A stretch of 64,000 nucleotides of DNA, taken from positions 32,001-96,000 of the forward strand of contig CAVWHO010000007.1 of assembly GCA_963754875.1 (NCBI GenBank), written 5' to 3'. Position 1 is the first letter of the stretch; every line of letters starts with the position of its first letter. The stretch is from Nitrospirota bacterium (GTDB taxonomy: Bacteria > Nitrospirota > UBA9217). Positions 49,767 to 64,000 of this stretch are shown in pieces. The notes under the pieces were generated by a model. That model saw nothing but the letters and a program-made list of their open reading frames with translations. It was not told where the DNA came from and did no database searches. Position numbers and translations under genes: made by a program.

Positions 49767-49781
49767 TTAGAATAAATATAA
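49767..49781. promoter_or_regulatory. Candidate Per box
   Basis: TTAGAATAAATATAA has 2 mismatches to TTATAATNATTATAA and lies just upstream of the perR-like gene. Confidence 0.5.
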
Positions 49782-49851
49782 ACTATAAAATTGTTCCTGT
49801 CAAGCCCGGCAACGGGGGTGAAGGGACACCATGTTTTGGCCGCTCTCATGA

Positions 49852-49881
49852 AAAAAGGCAGTCCCCATGGGGCTGCCTTTT
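49852..49881 (-). terminator. atp operon terminator
   Basis: AAAAAGGCAGTCCC-AT-GGGGCTGCCTTTTT. Confidence 0.75.
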
Positions 49882-49911
49882 TGTAGTACCGATACTTGCT
49901 CTGGGTGCTCC

Positions 49912-50364
49912 CTATTTTTGGCCGTGCTTCTCAGCCACCTGGATCCTGATCATGGCACGAAGCAACTCGATGCGGTTTTTCTCGTAATCGACCTGCTCCA
50001 GTTTTTCGCTCAGCGCTTTCTCGGCCCGCTCCTTGGCCTGTCGGGCCTCGGCGATGTCGATGTCGGAAGCGCGGTCGGCCCCTTCCGCGAGAACGATGAC
50101 CCGGTCGGCGCCCACTTCGGCATACCCCCAGTCAACGGCGAGGTGGTGCCACTGGGTCCCTTCGCGGTAGGACAGCATGCCGACCTTAAGCGTCGTCAGG
50201 AAGGGCGTGTGGCCCGGCAAAACGCCGAACTCGCCTTCGCTGCCCGGAGCGATCACTTCGTCAACGCGTTCCGAACGGACCACCTGGCGGCTCGGCGCAA
50301 CGATTTCGAGGAGCATTTTTCCTTTTTCAGCGACCATCTTCTTTTTCCATTCTTCAGTGCTCAT
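49912..50364 (-). CDS. atpC: ATP synthase F1 epsilon
   Basis: GEFGVLPGHTP motif. Start may be 50337. Confidence 0.95.
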   Translation of the reverse strand: MSTEEWKKKMVAEKGKMLLEIVAPSRQVVRSERVDEVIAPGSEGEFGVLPGHTPFLTTLKVGMLSYREGTQWHHLAVDWGYAEVGADRVIVLAEGADRASDIDIAEARQAKERAEKALSEKLEQVDYEKNRIELLRAMIRIQVAEKHGQK

Positions 50365-50437
50365 TTTGGTTCAGGATACATGATCCACGATCCATGATAA
50401 AAACCGGACCGCATCCTGCATCCTGGATCGTTTCTTA

Positions 50438-51883
<1,446 letters not shown>

Positions 51884-51922
51884 TCAAAAAATGAATTGCA
51901 AATTTACTATTTCAATAAATTA

Positions 51923-52789
51923 TTACTTTTGCGCTTCCGCCCCGCCCACGATCTCCGAAATCTCCTTGGTGATCGCAGCTTGGCGCTGTTTATTGAACTT
52001 CAGCGTGAGCCTTTCGATCATGTCCTTGGCATTCCGTGTGGCAGAGTCCATAGCCGTCATCCGTGATCCCATCTCGCTCGCCTGGCTCTCAAGCATCGAG
52101 CGGTATACCTGCACCTCGATGTGTTTCGGCAGGATGGACCCGAGGATCGCCTCCGGGCTCGGTTCATAGAGGTAGTCGACAGCGGCCATGAACGGGTCTG
52201 CTTCCGCCGGCGGCTCCACCGGAAGGAGTTTCTCAAGCGTAACTTTCTGCTGCATCACACTCTTGAACTCATTGTACAGGAGATACACTTCGTCAGTCTC
52301 ACCTGCAGTAAAACGGTCGACGATATTCTTGCCCACATCGGCGGCCTTCTCGTATTCGATCATGCCGAGATCGGACCACACTTTGCCGAGGGTGTAGGCT
52401 GACCGCTTGCGGAAGAAGTCGCGCCCTTTTCTGCCCACGACATTCACCTTTACTTGCTTGCCTTCAGCGGTGAACTGCTTGACCGCTTCCACGGCTTTGC
52501 GCAGGATATTGGTATTGTATGCGCCGCAGAGACCCCGGTCCGAAGTAAGGACCAGGAGCTTCACCTGCTTGGGCTCTCGTTTTGCCAGGAGCGGATGCTG
52601 AGCCCGCTCAACACGGCCCGCGAGATTCGCGATAACAGCAAGCATCTTGCGCGAGTACGGCCGCGCCGCGATCACGCGTTCCTGGGCGCGGCGGAGCTTC
52701 GCCGCTGCCACCATCTTCATGGCCTTGGTGATCTGCTGGGTCTTCTTGACGCTCGTGATCTTTCTTTTAATGTCTCTTAAGCTGGGCAT
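51923..52789 (-). CDS. atpG: ATP synthase F1 gamma
   Basis: ITKAMKMVAAAK, DRGLCG, RQAAITKEI motifs. Confidence 0.98.
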   Translation of the reverse strand: MPSLRDIKRKITSVKKTQQITKAMKMVAAAKLRRAQERVIAARPYSRKMLAVIANLAGRVERAQHPLLAKREPKQVKLLVLTSDRGLCGAYNTNILRKAVEAVKQFTAEGKQVKVNVVGRKGRDFFRKRSAYTLGKVWSDLGMIEYEKAADVGKNIVDRFTAGETDEVYLLYNEFKSVMQQKVTLEKLLPVEPPAEADPFMAAVDYLYEPSPEAILGSILPKHIEVQVYRSMLESQASEMGSRMTAMDSATRNAKDMIERLTLKFNKQRQAAITKEISEIVGGAEAQK

Positions 52790-52888
52790 GATTTAGTCCT
52801 ACTTTAGAGTCTCAGGTCTCGGGTCTCATGTTCGCAGTCAGCAGTGACCTTGAGACTTGAGACTGCAAACTTGAGACTACAAATCGAG

Positions 52889-54439
<1,551 letters not shown>

Positions 54440-54976
54440 TTAGTTCATTAATTGACTGCGCATTTTGTCCAGCTGGTTCTTGATGGTCCCGTCATAGATG
54501 ACGCTCCCGATCTGGGCCCGGGCCCCGCCGATGAGGGACGCTTCTACGTGTGCATCGATATCCACCTGCTTGCCCGTAAGCGCTTCCAGTTTTTTCTTGA
54601 TGTCCGCAAGATCGCCGGCATTAATGGCCACTGCCGTGGTGAGCCGTACGGCGGCGCGGTTCTGACGTTCGGCCAGGATTTCGAGGAACGCCTCGTAGAT
54701 GTCTTTGATGTACCTGATCCTACCGGTTTCGGCCAGGTGTTCGAAAAAAAGCTGGGTCGTCGGCTGCATCTTCAGCTTGCCTGCAAGTTCTTTAATGACC
54801 GTTTTTTTATTCTCCGGGGTAAAGACGGGGTTGATAAACAACTGCCACAGGGAGGGCTCTGCGTCCACGGCCGCAACGAATGAAGCAAAATCGCTTTTGA
54901 TCTTGTCAACGGCCTTTTTCTCCTCAGCGAGTTCCACGAGGGCCCGCGCGTATCTCTTCGCGATGGTCCGGATCAT
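54440..54976 (-). CDS. atpH: ATP synthase delta
   Basis: AKRYARAL and LIGG...IGSVIYDG motifs, operon position. Confidence 0.95.
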   Translation of the reverse strand: MIRTIAKRYARALVELAEEKKAVDKIKSDFASFVAAVDAEPSLWQLFINPVFTPENKKTVIKELAGKLKMQPTTQLFFEHLAETGRIRYIKDIYEAFLEILAERQNRAAVRLTTAVAINAGDLADIKKKLEALTGKQVDIDAHVEASLIGGARAQIGSVIYDGTIKNQLDKMRSQLMN

Positions 54977-55569
54977 GCTTTGCCTCCCACTTTGGAGATA
55001 TACTCTTTCACAATGCGGTCATGGTCCTGTTTGCCGATCTTGTCCTTAATTCTCCCCTCGGCAAGGTCCAGGGAAAGGAGAGCGGCTTCGGTTGCCAAGG
55101 CGGCCTTGGCCTTCATGACCTCGAGATCGATGCCCTGCTTGGCCTGAGCCTGAATGTCCTGCGCCGCTTTTTTCCCCTCTTCAACCAGGGCCTGTCTGTC
55201 CTTTTCGCCGCGGGCCCGGGCATCGGCAATGAGCTTGGATGTTTCTGCCTCGAGTTCCTTGATCTTCCGCTCCATCTCCGCGAGCGCTGCAACGGCCCGT
55301 TCCCGGGTTTCTTTCGATTCCTGCATGGCTTTGGCGATTTCTGCGGAACGGTTCTTGAAGAAATCCCGGACCGGTTTTCTCGTGAAGTAGACGACAACCG
55401 CGGCAATGATGGCGAAATTCACCAATCGCGGCAGCCAGTCTCCGACGAAAGTCATTGCCTCTTCGCCGCCATGACCGGCCTCCTCCTGGGCAAGCGCCAG
55501 GGATGCATGGATGACACCGAGCAAGCCATAACAGAACGGTGCGAGTTTCTTGAGCACGTTGGTCATCAT
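54973..55569 (-). CDS. atpF: ATP synthase Fo subunit b
   Basis: RLVNFAII TM segment plus coiled coil, operon position. Confidence 0.9.
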   Translation of the reverse strand: MMTNVLKKLAPFCYGLLGVIHASLALAQEEAGHGGEEAMTFVGDWLPRLVNFAIIAAVVVYFTRKPVRDFFKNRSAEIAKAMQESKETRERAVAALAEMERKIKELEAETSKLIADARARGEKDRQALVEEGKKAAQDIQAQAKQGIDLEVMKAKAALATEAALLSLDLAEGRIKDKIGKQDHDRIVKEYISKVGGKA

Positions 55570-55570
55570 C

Positions 55571-55996
55571 TTACACCGCCCTTCCGAGCAGTTTGGCGGA
55601 GATATCTTGTGACAACCGCTCCGCTTCTTTCCTGAGGTCACCACGGGCAGCCGCGGACGCCGCCGCGATCTCACCGCGCGCCTTGTCCAGCAGCTCGCCG
55701 CTCGTGGACCGCTCCGCGGCAATCATGTCGCGCTGGGCATCAAGGCCCTGCTGATACAACGAATTGTAGTCGGTCGTTGCTTTCTGCTTGGCCTCGGCAA
55801 GCGAGCCGTTGTACTGTTCGAGCAGGTTCTGCATCCGCTGCTGCGCCGCCTTGGCGTCGCTGAAAGCCGAGCTGATGTCCTGCTCGCGCTCCTGCATGAT
55901 CTGTCTGATGGGCTTGAAGAGGATTACATTAAGCACGATGAGCAGAATAATGAAGTTGGCAAGCTGGATAAAAAGTGAACTATTAATGTCTATCAT
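55571..55996 (-). CDS. ATP synthase Fo subunit b'
   Basis: IQLANFIILLIVLNVILFKPI...ER motif. Confidence 0.9.
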   Translation of the reverse strand: MIDINSSLFIQLANFIILLIVLNVILFKPIRQIMQEREQDISSAFSDAKAAQQRMQNLLEQYNGSLAEAKQKATTDYNSLYQQGLDAQRDMIAAERSTSGELLDKARGEIAAASAAARGDLRKEAERLSQDISAKLLGRAV

Positions 55997-56200
55997 TTTT
56001 GAGAGTGCCTCGTACGGGAAAAGAAACAACAATCAGCCTTAAAAAACGTCAAAAAGTTAACACAACGAAAATCTGTTGTCAAGAAATATCAGTTATAAAA
56101 TATATAAATGATAGTACTATTTTTGATTATAGATAAGGGAATGAACAAAAAGGCAGGAAGGGCGCGTATCTGCAGTTGCGCGGTCGCGCAACCCCGGCGC

Positions 56201-58720
56201 TCATGGCCCGTGATGCCGCGCCGGCCCGGGACCGGCGTCGAGAATTTTCCGCACATGCTTCAGGAGATCGCGCGGAGACACAGGCTTCGCAAGGAAGCCG
56301 GCGTCGTCCACGAGAATACCTTTCGCCCGCATCAAATCTGAGGAATAGCCGCTCGTGAACAGCGCTTTCACGTCGGGATGGTCCTGCTTGATCGTTTCGT
56401 ACACTTCGGTGCCGTTTTTCTTCGGCATGAGAATATCCATACAGAGCAGCTGAATTTCTTTTTCATGCTCCTTGAACTTCTTCAGGGCATCTTCGCCGTC
56501 TACGGCATCGATGACCGTGTACCCGAACCCTTCGAGGACGGCGTGGGTGAGGTTTCTGACGTTATCATCATCTTCCGCAACAAGGATGGTCGCCAGACCG
56601 CCTTCCAGGTCATCGGGTTCAGCCGGCAGTGCGTCTTCCAGCGGGGCGCTTATCAACGGCACATAGAGCATGAACGTCGTTCCTTTGCCCGGCTCACTGG
56701 ACGCGTTAATATAGCCGCCGTGCTGCTTGATGATGCCGTATACAATGGACAAGCCTAAGCCGGTGCCCTTTCCGACCTCCTTGGTTGTATAGAAAGGTTC
56801 GAAAATACGTTTGAGGGTCATCTCTTCCATCCCCGTTCCGGTGTCCGAGACATGCAGGAGCCCATAGGTGCCGACTTTCCCGTACCCGTAGGTTCTGATG
56901 AACTCAGCATTGAGATCGGCAATCGTGGTCTCTATGGTCAACAGGCCCCCTTTCGGCATGGCGTCCCGCGCATTCGCGGCGAGGTTCATCAGCACCTGTT
57001 CGATCTGGCCAATGTCCGCCTTGATCATCACCGGCGTACGATTCGCGACGATCTTGATATCGATGTCTTCGCCGATCAGACGCGAAAGGAGCTTCTGCGC
57101 CCGTTCCACCAGGGCAACGAGGTCGACTGTTTTGAAATGCATCGGCTGTTTTCTGCTGAACGCAAGAAGGCTCTGGGTAAGGCTCGCCGCGCGCTCCGTG
57201 GACGTAAGGATCTGGTCCACGTAGGAGCGGAGCGCGTCGTTTGCCGGAATTTTCAGTTGGAGGAGTGTCCCGTATCCGATGATGGCCGTTAAGATGTTGT
57301 TAAAATCGTGGGCAATGCCTCCCGCCAGCGTCCCTATTGCCTCCATTTTCTGGGCGTGGCGAAGCTGGTCCTCGAGCCGCTTTTTCTCCGTCACATCGTT
57401 ATGGATCTCGATAGCGGAAACAATCCGTCCCAGGGAATCCTTGAGCGGAAAAGCCTTCGTCTCAATGTACAGCGCGCTCCCGTCCTTATCATAATGCACG
57501 TGGATTGCCGTGTGACGGGCGCCGGTTTCAAAGGCCTTCCGAACGGCGCAGTCCTCGCCTGCTTCAAAGCACGGCATGGTTATGCGGTGCGACACTTCAT
57601 AGCAATATTTCCCGATAATGTCCTGGACCGACATTTTGAGCTTGTCGGCATAGGCCTTGTTGGCCGAAAGGATCCGGTACTGGGGGTTGATGACGGTAAA
57701 CCCTTCGTCCACGCTCTCCAGCACATTCTTCACGAATTCCGTGGCATGACGGTGCTCGGTGATGTCCCGGAAGATGCCGCGCGTCGCGACCGCGACGCCA
57801 TCCACGATGCTGCAATGGATGTTCCCTTCGACGATGAGCGACTTACCGCTTTTCGTCATAAGCAGGAATTCTACGTGATCGAGCTTTTCTCCCGCGGTCG
57901 CGCGCCTGAAGATTTCCGTGCAGTGCTGCCGGAAGTCGGGGTGGATGACGTCGAGCAAGGCGAGCCGGGATGCTTCGTCCGCGCTGTATCCGAGGGCTTC
58001 GCGCCACGCCCGGTTAACGTATTGGAACGTCCCGTCTGCAGCCACGCTCTGGATCAGGTCATTTGCATTTTCGAAGAGGTCCCGGTATCGTGCTTCGCTC
58101 TCCTGGAGGGCCTGCTCCTCTTTTTTCCGCTGGGTAACGTCCCGGGCAATGCCGAAGACGCCGACGATCCTGCCGTTGTGTACTTGCGGTGTGATAGTGA
58201 ATTCTCCGGTCAGAACGTCTCCCGACCGTGCGAGGATGCGCAGCTCGACGACGTCGGGAATCGAACCATTCATGGTGTTCTGAAGAATTTCCTTTGCCCG
58301 CGCTTCATCATCAGGATGGACGAGCGACAAGAAGTTACTCCCCAGCGTTTCTGCTATCGGCCACCCGGTGATCGTTTCGAACGCGGGGTTAATGGAGGTA
58401 AACTTCCCTTCAGGGGAAAACGTGCAGATCATGTCGCGGGCCGTTTCGATCACGCTGCTGTAGCGTACTTCGGATTCGTGAAACCTTGTTTCGGAATGCC
58501 GCAAGCGCTCAATGAGTCGTCCTGCATACAGGCCGAAACCGAAGAACATGAGCACGACAAATGAACGGATCAGGATGTCCTTGAAAGAGGGGGCGATCAG
58601 GACCTGCAGGAAGGATCCATTTTGGAAAAGCAAGGCATCTATGAGAGCATCGGCCAGCCACGAGAGAAGGCCGAGCCCGATGCCGATCAGAAGCATGCTT
58701 CTGGTTATGGTCGTCTTCAA
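56201..58720 (-). CDS. Hybrid sensor histidine kinase (2 TM, 3 PAS, HisKA, HATPase, REC)
   Basis: GIAHDFNNIL, NARDAM, GKGTGLGL motifs and a receiver domain. Confidence 0.94.
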   Translation of the reverse strand: MKTTITRSMLLIGIGLGLLSWLADALIDALLFQNGSFLQVLIAPSFKDILIRSFVVLMFFGFGLYAGRLIERLRHSETRFHESEVRYSSVIETARDMICTFSPEGKFTSINPAFETITGWPIAETLGSNFLSLVHPDDEARAKEILQNTMNGSIPDVVELRILARSGDVLTGEFTITPQVHNGRIVGVFGIARDVTQRKKEEQALQESEARYRDLFENANDLIQSVAADGTFQYVNRAWREALGYSADEASRLALLDVIHPDFRQHCTEIFRRATAGEKLDHVEFLLMTKSGKSLIVEGNIHCSIVDGVAVATRGIFRDITEHRHATEFVKNVLESVDEGFTVINPQYRILSANKAYADKLKMSVQDIIGKYCYEVSHRITMPCFEAGEDCAVRKAFETGARHTAIHVHYDKDGSALYIETKAFPLKDSLGRIVSAIEIHNDVTEKKRLEDQLRHAQKMEAIGTLAGGIAHDFNNILTAIIGYGTLLQLKIPANDALRSYVDQILTSTERAASLTQSLLAFSRKQPMHFKTVDLVALVERAQKLLSRLIGEDIDIKIVANRTPVMIKADIGQIEQVLMNLAANARDAMPKGGLLTIETTIADLNAEFIRTYGYGKVGTYGLLHVSDTGTGMEEMTLKRIFEPFYTTKEVGKGTGLGLSIVYGIIKQHGGYINASSEPGKGTTFMLYVPLISAPLEDALPAEPDDLEGGLATILVAEDDDNVRNLTHAVLEGFGYTVIDAVDGEDALKKFKEHEKEIQLLCMDILMPKKNGTEVYETIKQDHPDVKALFTSGYSSDLMRAKGILVDDAGFLAKPVSPRDLLKHVRKILDAGPGPARHHGP

Positions 58721-58836
58721 TCAGCCTCCATCAGGGACACCACTCTCAAAAAGAACTGAACGTCGGATGAACGCCGACATTTGAGGACTTTGCAGAGAAA
58801 ACAGGAATTGCCTTCGAACGTACCATCCTGACATGC

Positions 58837-58959
58837 ATATTTCGAGGCCCCGTAGACGGAGGGGATTTCTTGAAAAAGCGAAGCCTCCTCTCCCGTGGTT
58901 GCTCCGAGAATGGTCTCCTGGGCCTGGGCAAAGCTTTGCATTGGGCAAATTGCAATCAT
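58837..58959 (-). pseudogene. Possible N-terminal remnant of a TonB-dependent receptor
   Basis: SFAQAQE...EEASLFQEIPSVYGASKY resembles the plug N-terminus (V..ASK) and the similarity then stops. Confidence 0.45.
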
Positions 58960-59204
58960 AACTATCGGGGAAATAGAGAAAATTGCTTTTGCAGGAAAGC
59001 GCTTGCAAAATCCCTTCCTTCTCTGACATATCGGAACAACGTATTAATTCTTTAACCAGGGAATAAAAAATCTGCTGTTTTTTTCGTGCTAAAAACCGCT
59101 GTAGGGATCTCTTCAACAGCCCGATGTCCTCTCCTGATTACAAAGTCCTTTACTCACCCGTCAGGTGGTGGTAAAATACTGTTTCGCTTCGAGTCGTCTT
59201 ACTT

Positions 59205-62009
59205 ATGGATAAAATCATTATTAAAGGCTGTCGCCAGCACAACCTCAAGAACATCGACCTCGAAATCCCCCGGGATAAGCTCGTGGTGATCACCGGTTTG
59301 TCAGGCTCGGGCAAATCATCGCTTGCCTTCGATACCATCTACGCCGAAGGCCAGCGCAGGTACGTCGAGAGCCTTTCTGCGTACGCCCGCCAGTTCCTGG
59401 GCCAGATGGACAAGCCCGACGTGGACTCCATCGACGGTCTCTCTCCTGCCATCGCGATCGAACAGAAAACGACGAGCAAGAACCCGCGCTCTACCGTCGG
59501 CACGGTGACCGAAGTCTACGACTACCTGCGGCTCCTCTATGCCCGGATAGGGAAGCCCTATTGTTACAAATGCGGCAGGGAGATCGCTGCCCAAACGGTC
59601 CAGCAGATCACCGACGCGGTCATGGCCCTGCCTGCCAATACGCGCATCCAGGTCCTGGCGCCGATCGTGCGGGGAAGAAAAGGCGAATACAAAAAGGAAC
59701 TCATGGCCGCGGGCGCATCGGGGTATGTACGCGCCCGTGTGGACGGCGTGATCAAGGAACTCTCCGAGCCCATCCCGATGGACAAGAAGAAGAAACACGA
59801 CATCGAGATCGTGATCGACCGCCTCGTGATCAAGCCCGGCGTCGAGCGGAGACTCGCCGAATCCATCGAAACGGCGCTCCGCCAGGCCGAAGGCATCGTG
59901 CTGGTGAACCTCGTTGACGAGAAGCGCGACAACCTTTACAGCGAAAAACTCGCCTGCCTCATCGACGGCATCAGCTACCCCGAGATCGCTCCCAACAGCT
60001 TTTCCTTCAACAGTCCCCAGGGCGCCTGCCCCACCTGCGACGGACTGGGCGGGCTTCTGGAATTCGATCCTGAGCTCATCGTCCCCAATCCCAACCTCTC
60101 GCTCCGGGAAGGCGCAATCAAGCCTTGGGCAAAACGCACGTCGTACCAGTATTTCCAGATGCTCGATTCTCTGGCGCAGAGTTGCGGTTTCAATGTAAAT
60201 ATGCCGTTCAAGGATCTGAAACCGGCACAGCAGAAAGCGCTGTTATACGGCATTGGCGAGAACGGGGCCAAAACCGCAGCAGGGCGGGGCGCCAAAGCCG
60301 CTGCATGCATGCCCTTTGAGGGTATCCTGTCGATCCTGAAGCAGCGGTATGACGAGACCGATTCGTTCGCGACCCAGTGGGAGCTCGAACAGTACATGAG
60401 CTACCAGACCTGTCCGGACTGCAACGGGAGCCGTTTGCGCAAGGAATCGCTCGCCATCAAGGTGGCCGGCCTCGCTATTAGTGAAGTGACGCACATGAGC
60501 ATCAAACAGGCGCTTGTTTTTTTCAAGGAGCTCAGGCTCACGGAAAAGGAAACCTCGATCGCCCAGCGGATTCTGAAAGAGATCCGGGAGCGGCTCGGGT
60601 TCATGGTGCACGTGGGCCTCGACTACCTCACCCTCGACCGCGGCTCGTCCACGCTCTCCGGCGGCGAAGGCCAGCGCATCAGGCTCGCCACGCAAATCGG
60701 ATCATCACTCGTGGGCGTGCTCTATATCCTGGACGAACCCAGCATCGGCCTGCACCAGCGCGACAACCGGCGGCTGCTCGATACGCTCTTCCGGCTCCGC
60801 GACCTCGGCAATACTGTACTCGTCGTAGAGCATGACGAAGAAACGATCCGCTTAGCCGACCACGTGATCGATATGGGTCCCGGCGCCGGCGTGCACGGCG
60901 GCGAGATCGTGGCCCAGGGCACTCCTGAGGAAATCAAAAAAGTTGCACAGTCTCTTACGGGCCAATACCTCTCGGGCAAGGCGTTCATTCAGGTGCCGCA
61001 GACCCGCAGGTCTTTTGAAAAATCGATCAGCGTCGTGAACGCAACGGAGAACAATCTCAAGAACATCACCGTCCAGTTCCCGCTCGGCGTGTTTACCTGC
61101 GTGACCGGCGTCTCGGGGTCGGGCAAGAGCACGCTCGTCGTGGACATCCTGTACCGCGCCCTTGCTCAGCGCCTCTACCGCTCCACGGATCGAGCCGGCA
61201 AGCACAAAGACATCAAGGGCTTGGAGCACATCGATAAGGTAATCGACATCGATCAGTCGCCCATCGGCAGGACGCCGCGCTCGAACCCCGCCACCTATAC
61301 CGGCGTGTTCGGCCCGGTCAGAGACCTCTTTGCCCAGCTGCCGGAGTCGCGCATGCGCGGTTACAAGCCCGGCCGCTACAGTTTCAACGTCAAGGGCGGC
61401 AGGTGCGAGGCCTGTGAAGGCGACGGCTTGATAAAGATCGAGATGCATTTCCTGCCTGATGTGTACGTGACCTGCGACGTTTGCCACGGCACCCGTTACA
61501 ACCGCGAGACCCTGGACATCAAGTACAAAGGGAAAAACATCGCCGAGGTCCTCGGCATGACCGTGGAGCAGGCCTTTGACTTTTTCCAGAACGTGCCGCC
61601 CGTCCGGTCCAAGCTCCAGACCCTTCTGGATGTGGGACTTGGATACATCACGCTCGGGCAGTCGGCAACCACGCTTTCGGGCGGCGAGTCGCAGCGCGTG
61701 AAGCTTTCGAAGGAGCTGTCCCGGCGCGCAACAGGCCGTACGCTCTACATTCTTGACGAGCCCACGACAGGCCTCCATTTCGCCGACACCCAGAAGCTCC
61801 TGGACATGCTGAACCAGCTCGTGGACTCGGGCAACACCGTGGTAGTGATCGAGCACAACCTCGACGTGATCAAGACCGCGGACTGGATCGTCGATCTCGG
61901 TCCCGAAGGCGGGGACCGCGGGGGACAGATCGTGGTCCAGGGAAAGCCCGAGGATGTGGCCAAAGTAAAGGAGTCGTATACCGGGCAGTTTTTAAGGAAG
62001 ATTTTGTAG
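59205..62009 (+). CDS. uvrA: Excinuclease ABC subunit A
   Basis: Two ABC cassettes ([18 protein letters not shown]), zinc fingers, LSGGE signatures. Confidence 0.99.
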   Translation: MDKIIIKGCRQHNLKNIDLEIPRDKLVVITGLSGSGKSSLAFDTIYAEGQRRYVESLSAYARQFLGQMDKPDVDSIDGLSPAIAIEQKTTSKNPRSTVGTVTEVYDYLRLLYARIGKPYCYKCGREIAAQTVQQITDAVMALPANTRIQVLAPIVRGRKGEYKKELMAAGASGYVRARVDGVIKELSEPIPMDKKKKHDIEIVIDRLVIKPGVERRLAESIETALRQAEGIVLVNLVDEKRDNLYSEKLACLIDGISYPEIAPNSFSFNSPQGACPTCDGLGGLLEFDPELIVPNPNLSLREGAIKPWAKRTSYQYFQMLDSLAQSCGFNVNMPFKDLKPAQQKALLYGIGENGAKTAAGRGAKAAACMPFEGILSILKQRYDETDSFATQWELEQYMSYQTCPDCNGSRLRKESLAIKVAGLAISEVTHMSIKQALVFFKELRLTEKETSIAQRILKEIRERLGFMVHVGLDYLTLDRGSSTLSGGEGQRIRLATQIGSSLVGVLYILDEPSIGLHQRDNRRLLDTLFRLRDLGNTVLVVEHDEETIRLADHVIDMGPGAGVHGGEIVAQGTPEEIKKVAQSLTGQYLSGKAFIQVPQTRRSFEKSISVVNATENNLKNITVQFPLGVFTCVTGVSGSGKSTLVVDILYRALAQRLYRSTDRAGKHKDIKGLEHIDKVIDIDQSPIGRTPRSNPATYTGVFGPVRDLFAQLPESRMRGYKPGRYSFNVKGGRCEACEGDGLIKIEMHFLPDVYVTCDVCHGTRYNRETLDIKYKGKNIAEVLGMTVEQAFDFFQNVPPVRSKLQTLLDVGLGYITLGQSATTLSGGESQRVKLSKELSRRATGRTLYILDEPTTGLHFADTQKLLDMLNQLVDSGNTVVVIEHNLDVIKTADWIVDLGPEGGDRGGQIVVQGKPEDVAKVKESYTGQFLRKIL

Positions 62010-62098
62010 CACGATGCCTTTCTTTTTCACTTGCATTATGCGTTGCATCATATATCCTTGTATCCTGTATCTATTCTTTGATTTGATCCGGAGGCCCT

Positions 62099-62572
62099 AT
62101 GAACCGCATCCTGTCCTGTTTCGCCGCCATCATCCTTCTCACCACCGCATCCGCCTGCAGCGCCAAAAAACCGATCGAACAAACTGCATACAAAAGCAAA
62201 ACCGTTCTTTCCGTCCTGAGGGACATGGACAACTATTATGAAAAGAAAGACCTCGACTCTTTCATGTCCGACGTATCCCCGTCATACCGCGGCCGGGAAG
62301 CGTTCGCCAAATCCCTTGCAGCCGTGTTCTCGAAGTATGACACGATCCATTTCAATGTCCAGTATGCCAAGATGATCATCTTGATCGAACAGACGAGACA
62401 GATGAAAGTGACCTTTACGTGGGACGCAGAATGGATGGCAGCAGGCGGCACGAGCATAAAGGACGGCGGCAGAGTGACGCTGGTTTTTGAGCCGGGCGAC
62501 TTCAAACTCATTTCTATTGATGGAAAGAACCCCTTCCTGGCTCAACCGGGAGAAACGCCGGGGAAACAATAG
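62099..62572 (+). CDS. Lipoprotein, NTF2-like hypothetical
   Basis: Lipobox ASAC, GGAGG RBS. Confidence 0.7.
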   Translation: MNRILSCFAAIILLTTASACSAKKPIEQTAYKSKTVLSVLRDMDNYYEKKDLDSFMSDVSPSYRGREAFAKSLAAVFSKYDTIHFNVQYAKMIILIEQTRQMKVTFTWDAEWMAAGGTSIKDGGRVTLVFEPGDFKLISIDGKNPFLAQPGETPGKQ

Positions 62573-62642
62573 ACCGATACAGGATGCAGGATTCATGACG
62601 TTTTTTTATCGTGCATCCTGCATCGTACATCACTGACCTACC

Positions 62643-64000
62643 ATGGACTTTATCCAGGAACAGAGAGAGACTGATTTTCTCATCATCGGCGGCGGCGTTG
62701 CAGGCCTCCGGGCCGCGGTCGAACTTGCGCGGAACGGCGATGTCCTCGTCGTGACCAAGGACGCCCCGTCCGAGAGCAGCAGCGAATACGCCCAGGGAGG
62801 TGTTGCCGTTGCGTTGTCCGATGAGGACGAGATCTCGATCCACCTCGAAGACACGCTTCGCGCCGGAGACGGGCTGTGCCTGCGCAAGGCCGTCGGCACG
62901 CTCGTCGAGGAGGGGCCGACCCGCATCCGCGAGCTCATCCTGTGGGGAGCCGAGTTCGACAAGGAGGGCACCAGGCTCGCCTTCACGCAGGAAGCCGCCC
63001 ATTCGAAGCGAAGGATCCTCCACGCCCAGGGCGACTCGACGGGACACGAGATCATGCGGGTGCTCATCGACAAGGTACGCTCCTCGGCCAGGGTGTCAAA
63101 GATCGATTTTGCTTTTACTCGTGACCTGATCGTTCGCGACGGGAAATGCGTCGGAGCAATCGTATGCCAGCAATCCCTCAAAAAAGTGTTGATCATCTCA
63201 GCACGAGCCGTACTTCTCGCCACCGGCGGAGCGGGCCAGCTCTTTGAACGGACCACGAACCCGGCGGTTGCGACCGGAGACGGCATGGCCATGGCGTATC
63301 GTGCCGGCGCCGCGCTGGTCGACATGGAGTTCGTCCAGTTCCATCCCACCGCCCTCTTCCGCTCGGGAGCGCCGCAGTTCCTGCTCTCCGAAGCCATGCG
63401 GGGCGAAGGCGGCATGCTCAGGAACGTCGAGGGACGGCGCTTCATGGATGATTACCATCCGGCGCGGGAGCTTGCGCCGCGCGACATCGTCACCCGCGCG
63501 ATCCATGCCGAGATGATTACTACGAAAGCCGACCACGTGTTCCTCGACATGACGCACCTGAACGCCGAGTACATTGTCAAGCGGTTCCCGCGCATCTACC
63601 GGACCTGCAAAGACCTCGGTATCGACATCTCCCGGGAGCCGATCCCGGTCTCGCCTGCAGCGCATTACATCATGGGCGGAGTGAAGACCGACCTCTGGGG
63701 CGCTACAAACATTCCAGGACTCTTTGCGGCCGGTGAGACGGCCTGCACGGGAGTGCACGGAGCGAACCGCTTGGCGAGCAATTCTCTGCTCGAAGGCCTG
63801 GTGTTCGGCGAGCGCGCCGGACTAGCGGCGGCACGATATGCACCTATGCAGATCGACGGGGTACATCAACATTTCTCACCTCCCGGCCCGCACTGCACGG
63901 CAGGGGCAGCCTGCACCAGACGCTGCTCCGGACGTCAACGACATCCGGTCGCAGGCTCAAGAAGCTGATGTGGGAAAAGGTGGGGATCGTACGGAACAGA
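62643..64000 (+). CDS. nadB: L-aspartate oxidase, running off the window, frameshift at about 63830-63950
   Basis: IIGGGVAG, AQGGVA, EAAHS..RILHA, QFHPT, GVHGANRLASNSLLE motifs. LKKLMWEKVGIVR appears in a different frame. Confidence 0.95.

Noticed and set aside
59100..59204. Search for a LexA box upstream of uvrA
   Set aside because: No clear match to the E. coli or Bacillus type SOS consensus.

Overview
This is a bacterial chromosome window. The gene order (atpF'FHAGDC without atpB/E, hrcA-grpE-dnaK-dnaJ, heme-c sensors, flavodiiron protein/rubredoxin) suggests an anaerobic or microaerobic Nitrospirota- or Desulfobacterota-like organism; this is inference only. Core blocks are a CIRCE/HrcA heat-shock locus with hsp20, pfkA, radC, perR-fprA-rubredoxin, the F1Fo ATP synthase genes, uvrA and nadB. 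An accessory region at about 8-34 kb holds two type II toxin-antitoxin modules, a lone TIR protein, a SWIM protein, Cache/PAS/heme-c sensors, a complete IS21-family element with no target duplication, and a serpin-TPR-papain protease trio. It is punctuated by short direct and inverted repeats. The leading candidates for undescribed systems are: (1) a radical SAM/SPASM enzyme followed by an unannotated 20-aa Lys/Cys-rich peptide gene with a strong RBS and terminator (putative RiPP); (2) a HEAT-GT2-TPR/glycosidase-like-deacetylase-TPR/beta-barrel exopolysaccharide operon; (3) long-range repeats that bracket accessory cassettes. Five genes (hrcA, vapC, the HEAT gene, perR, nadB) carry apparent frameshifts, probably assembly errors.
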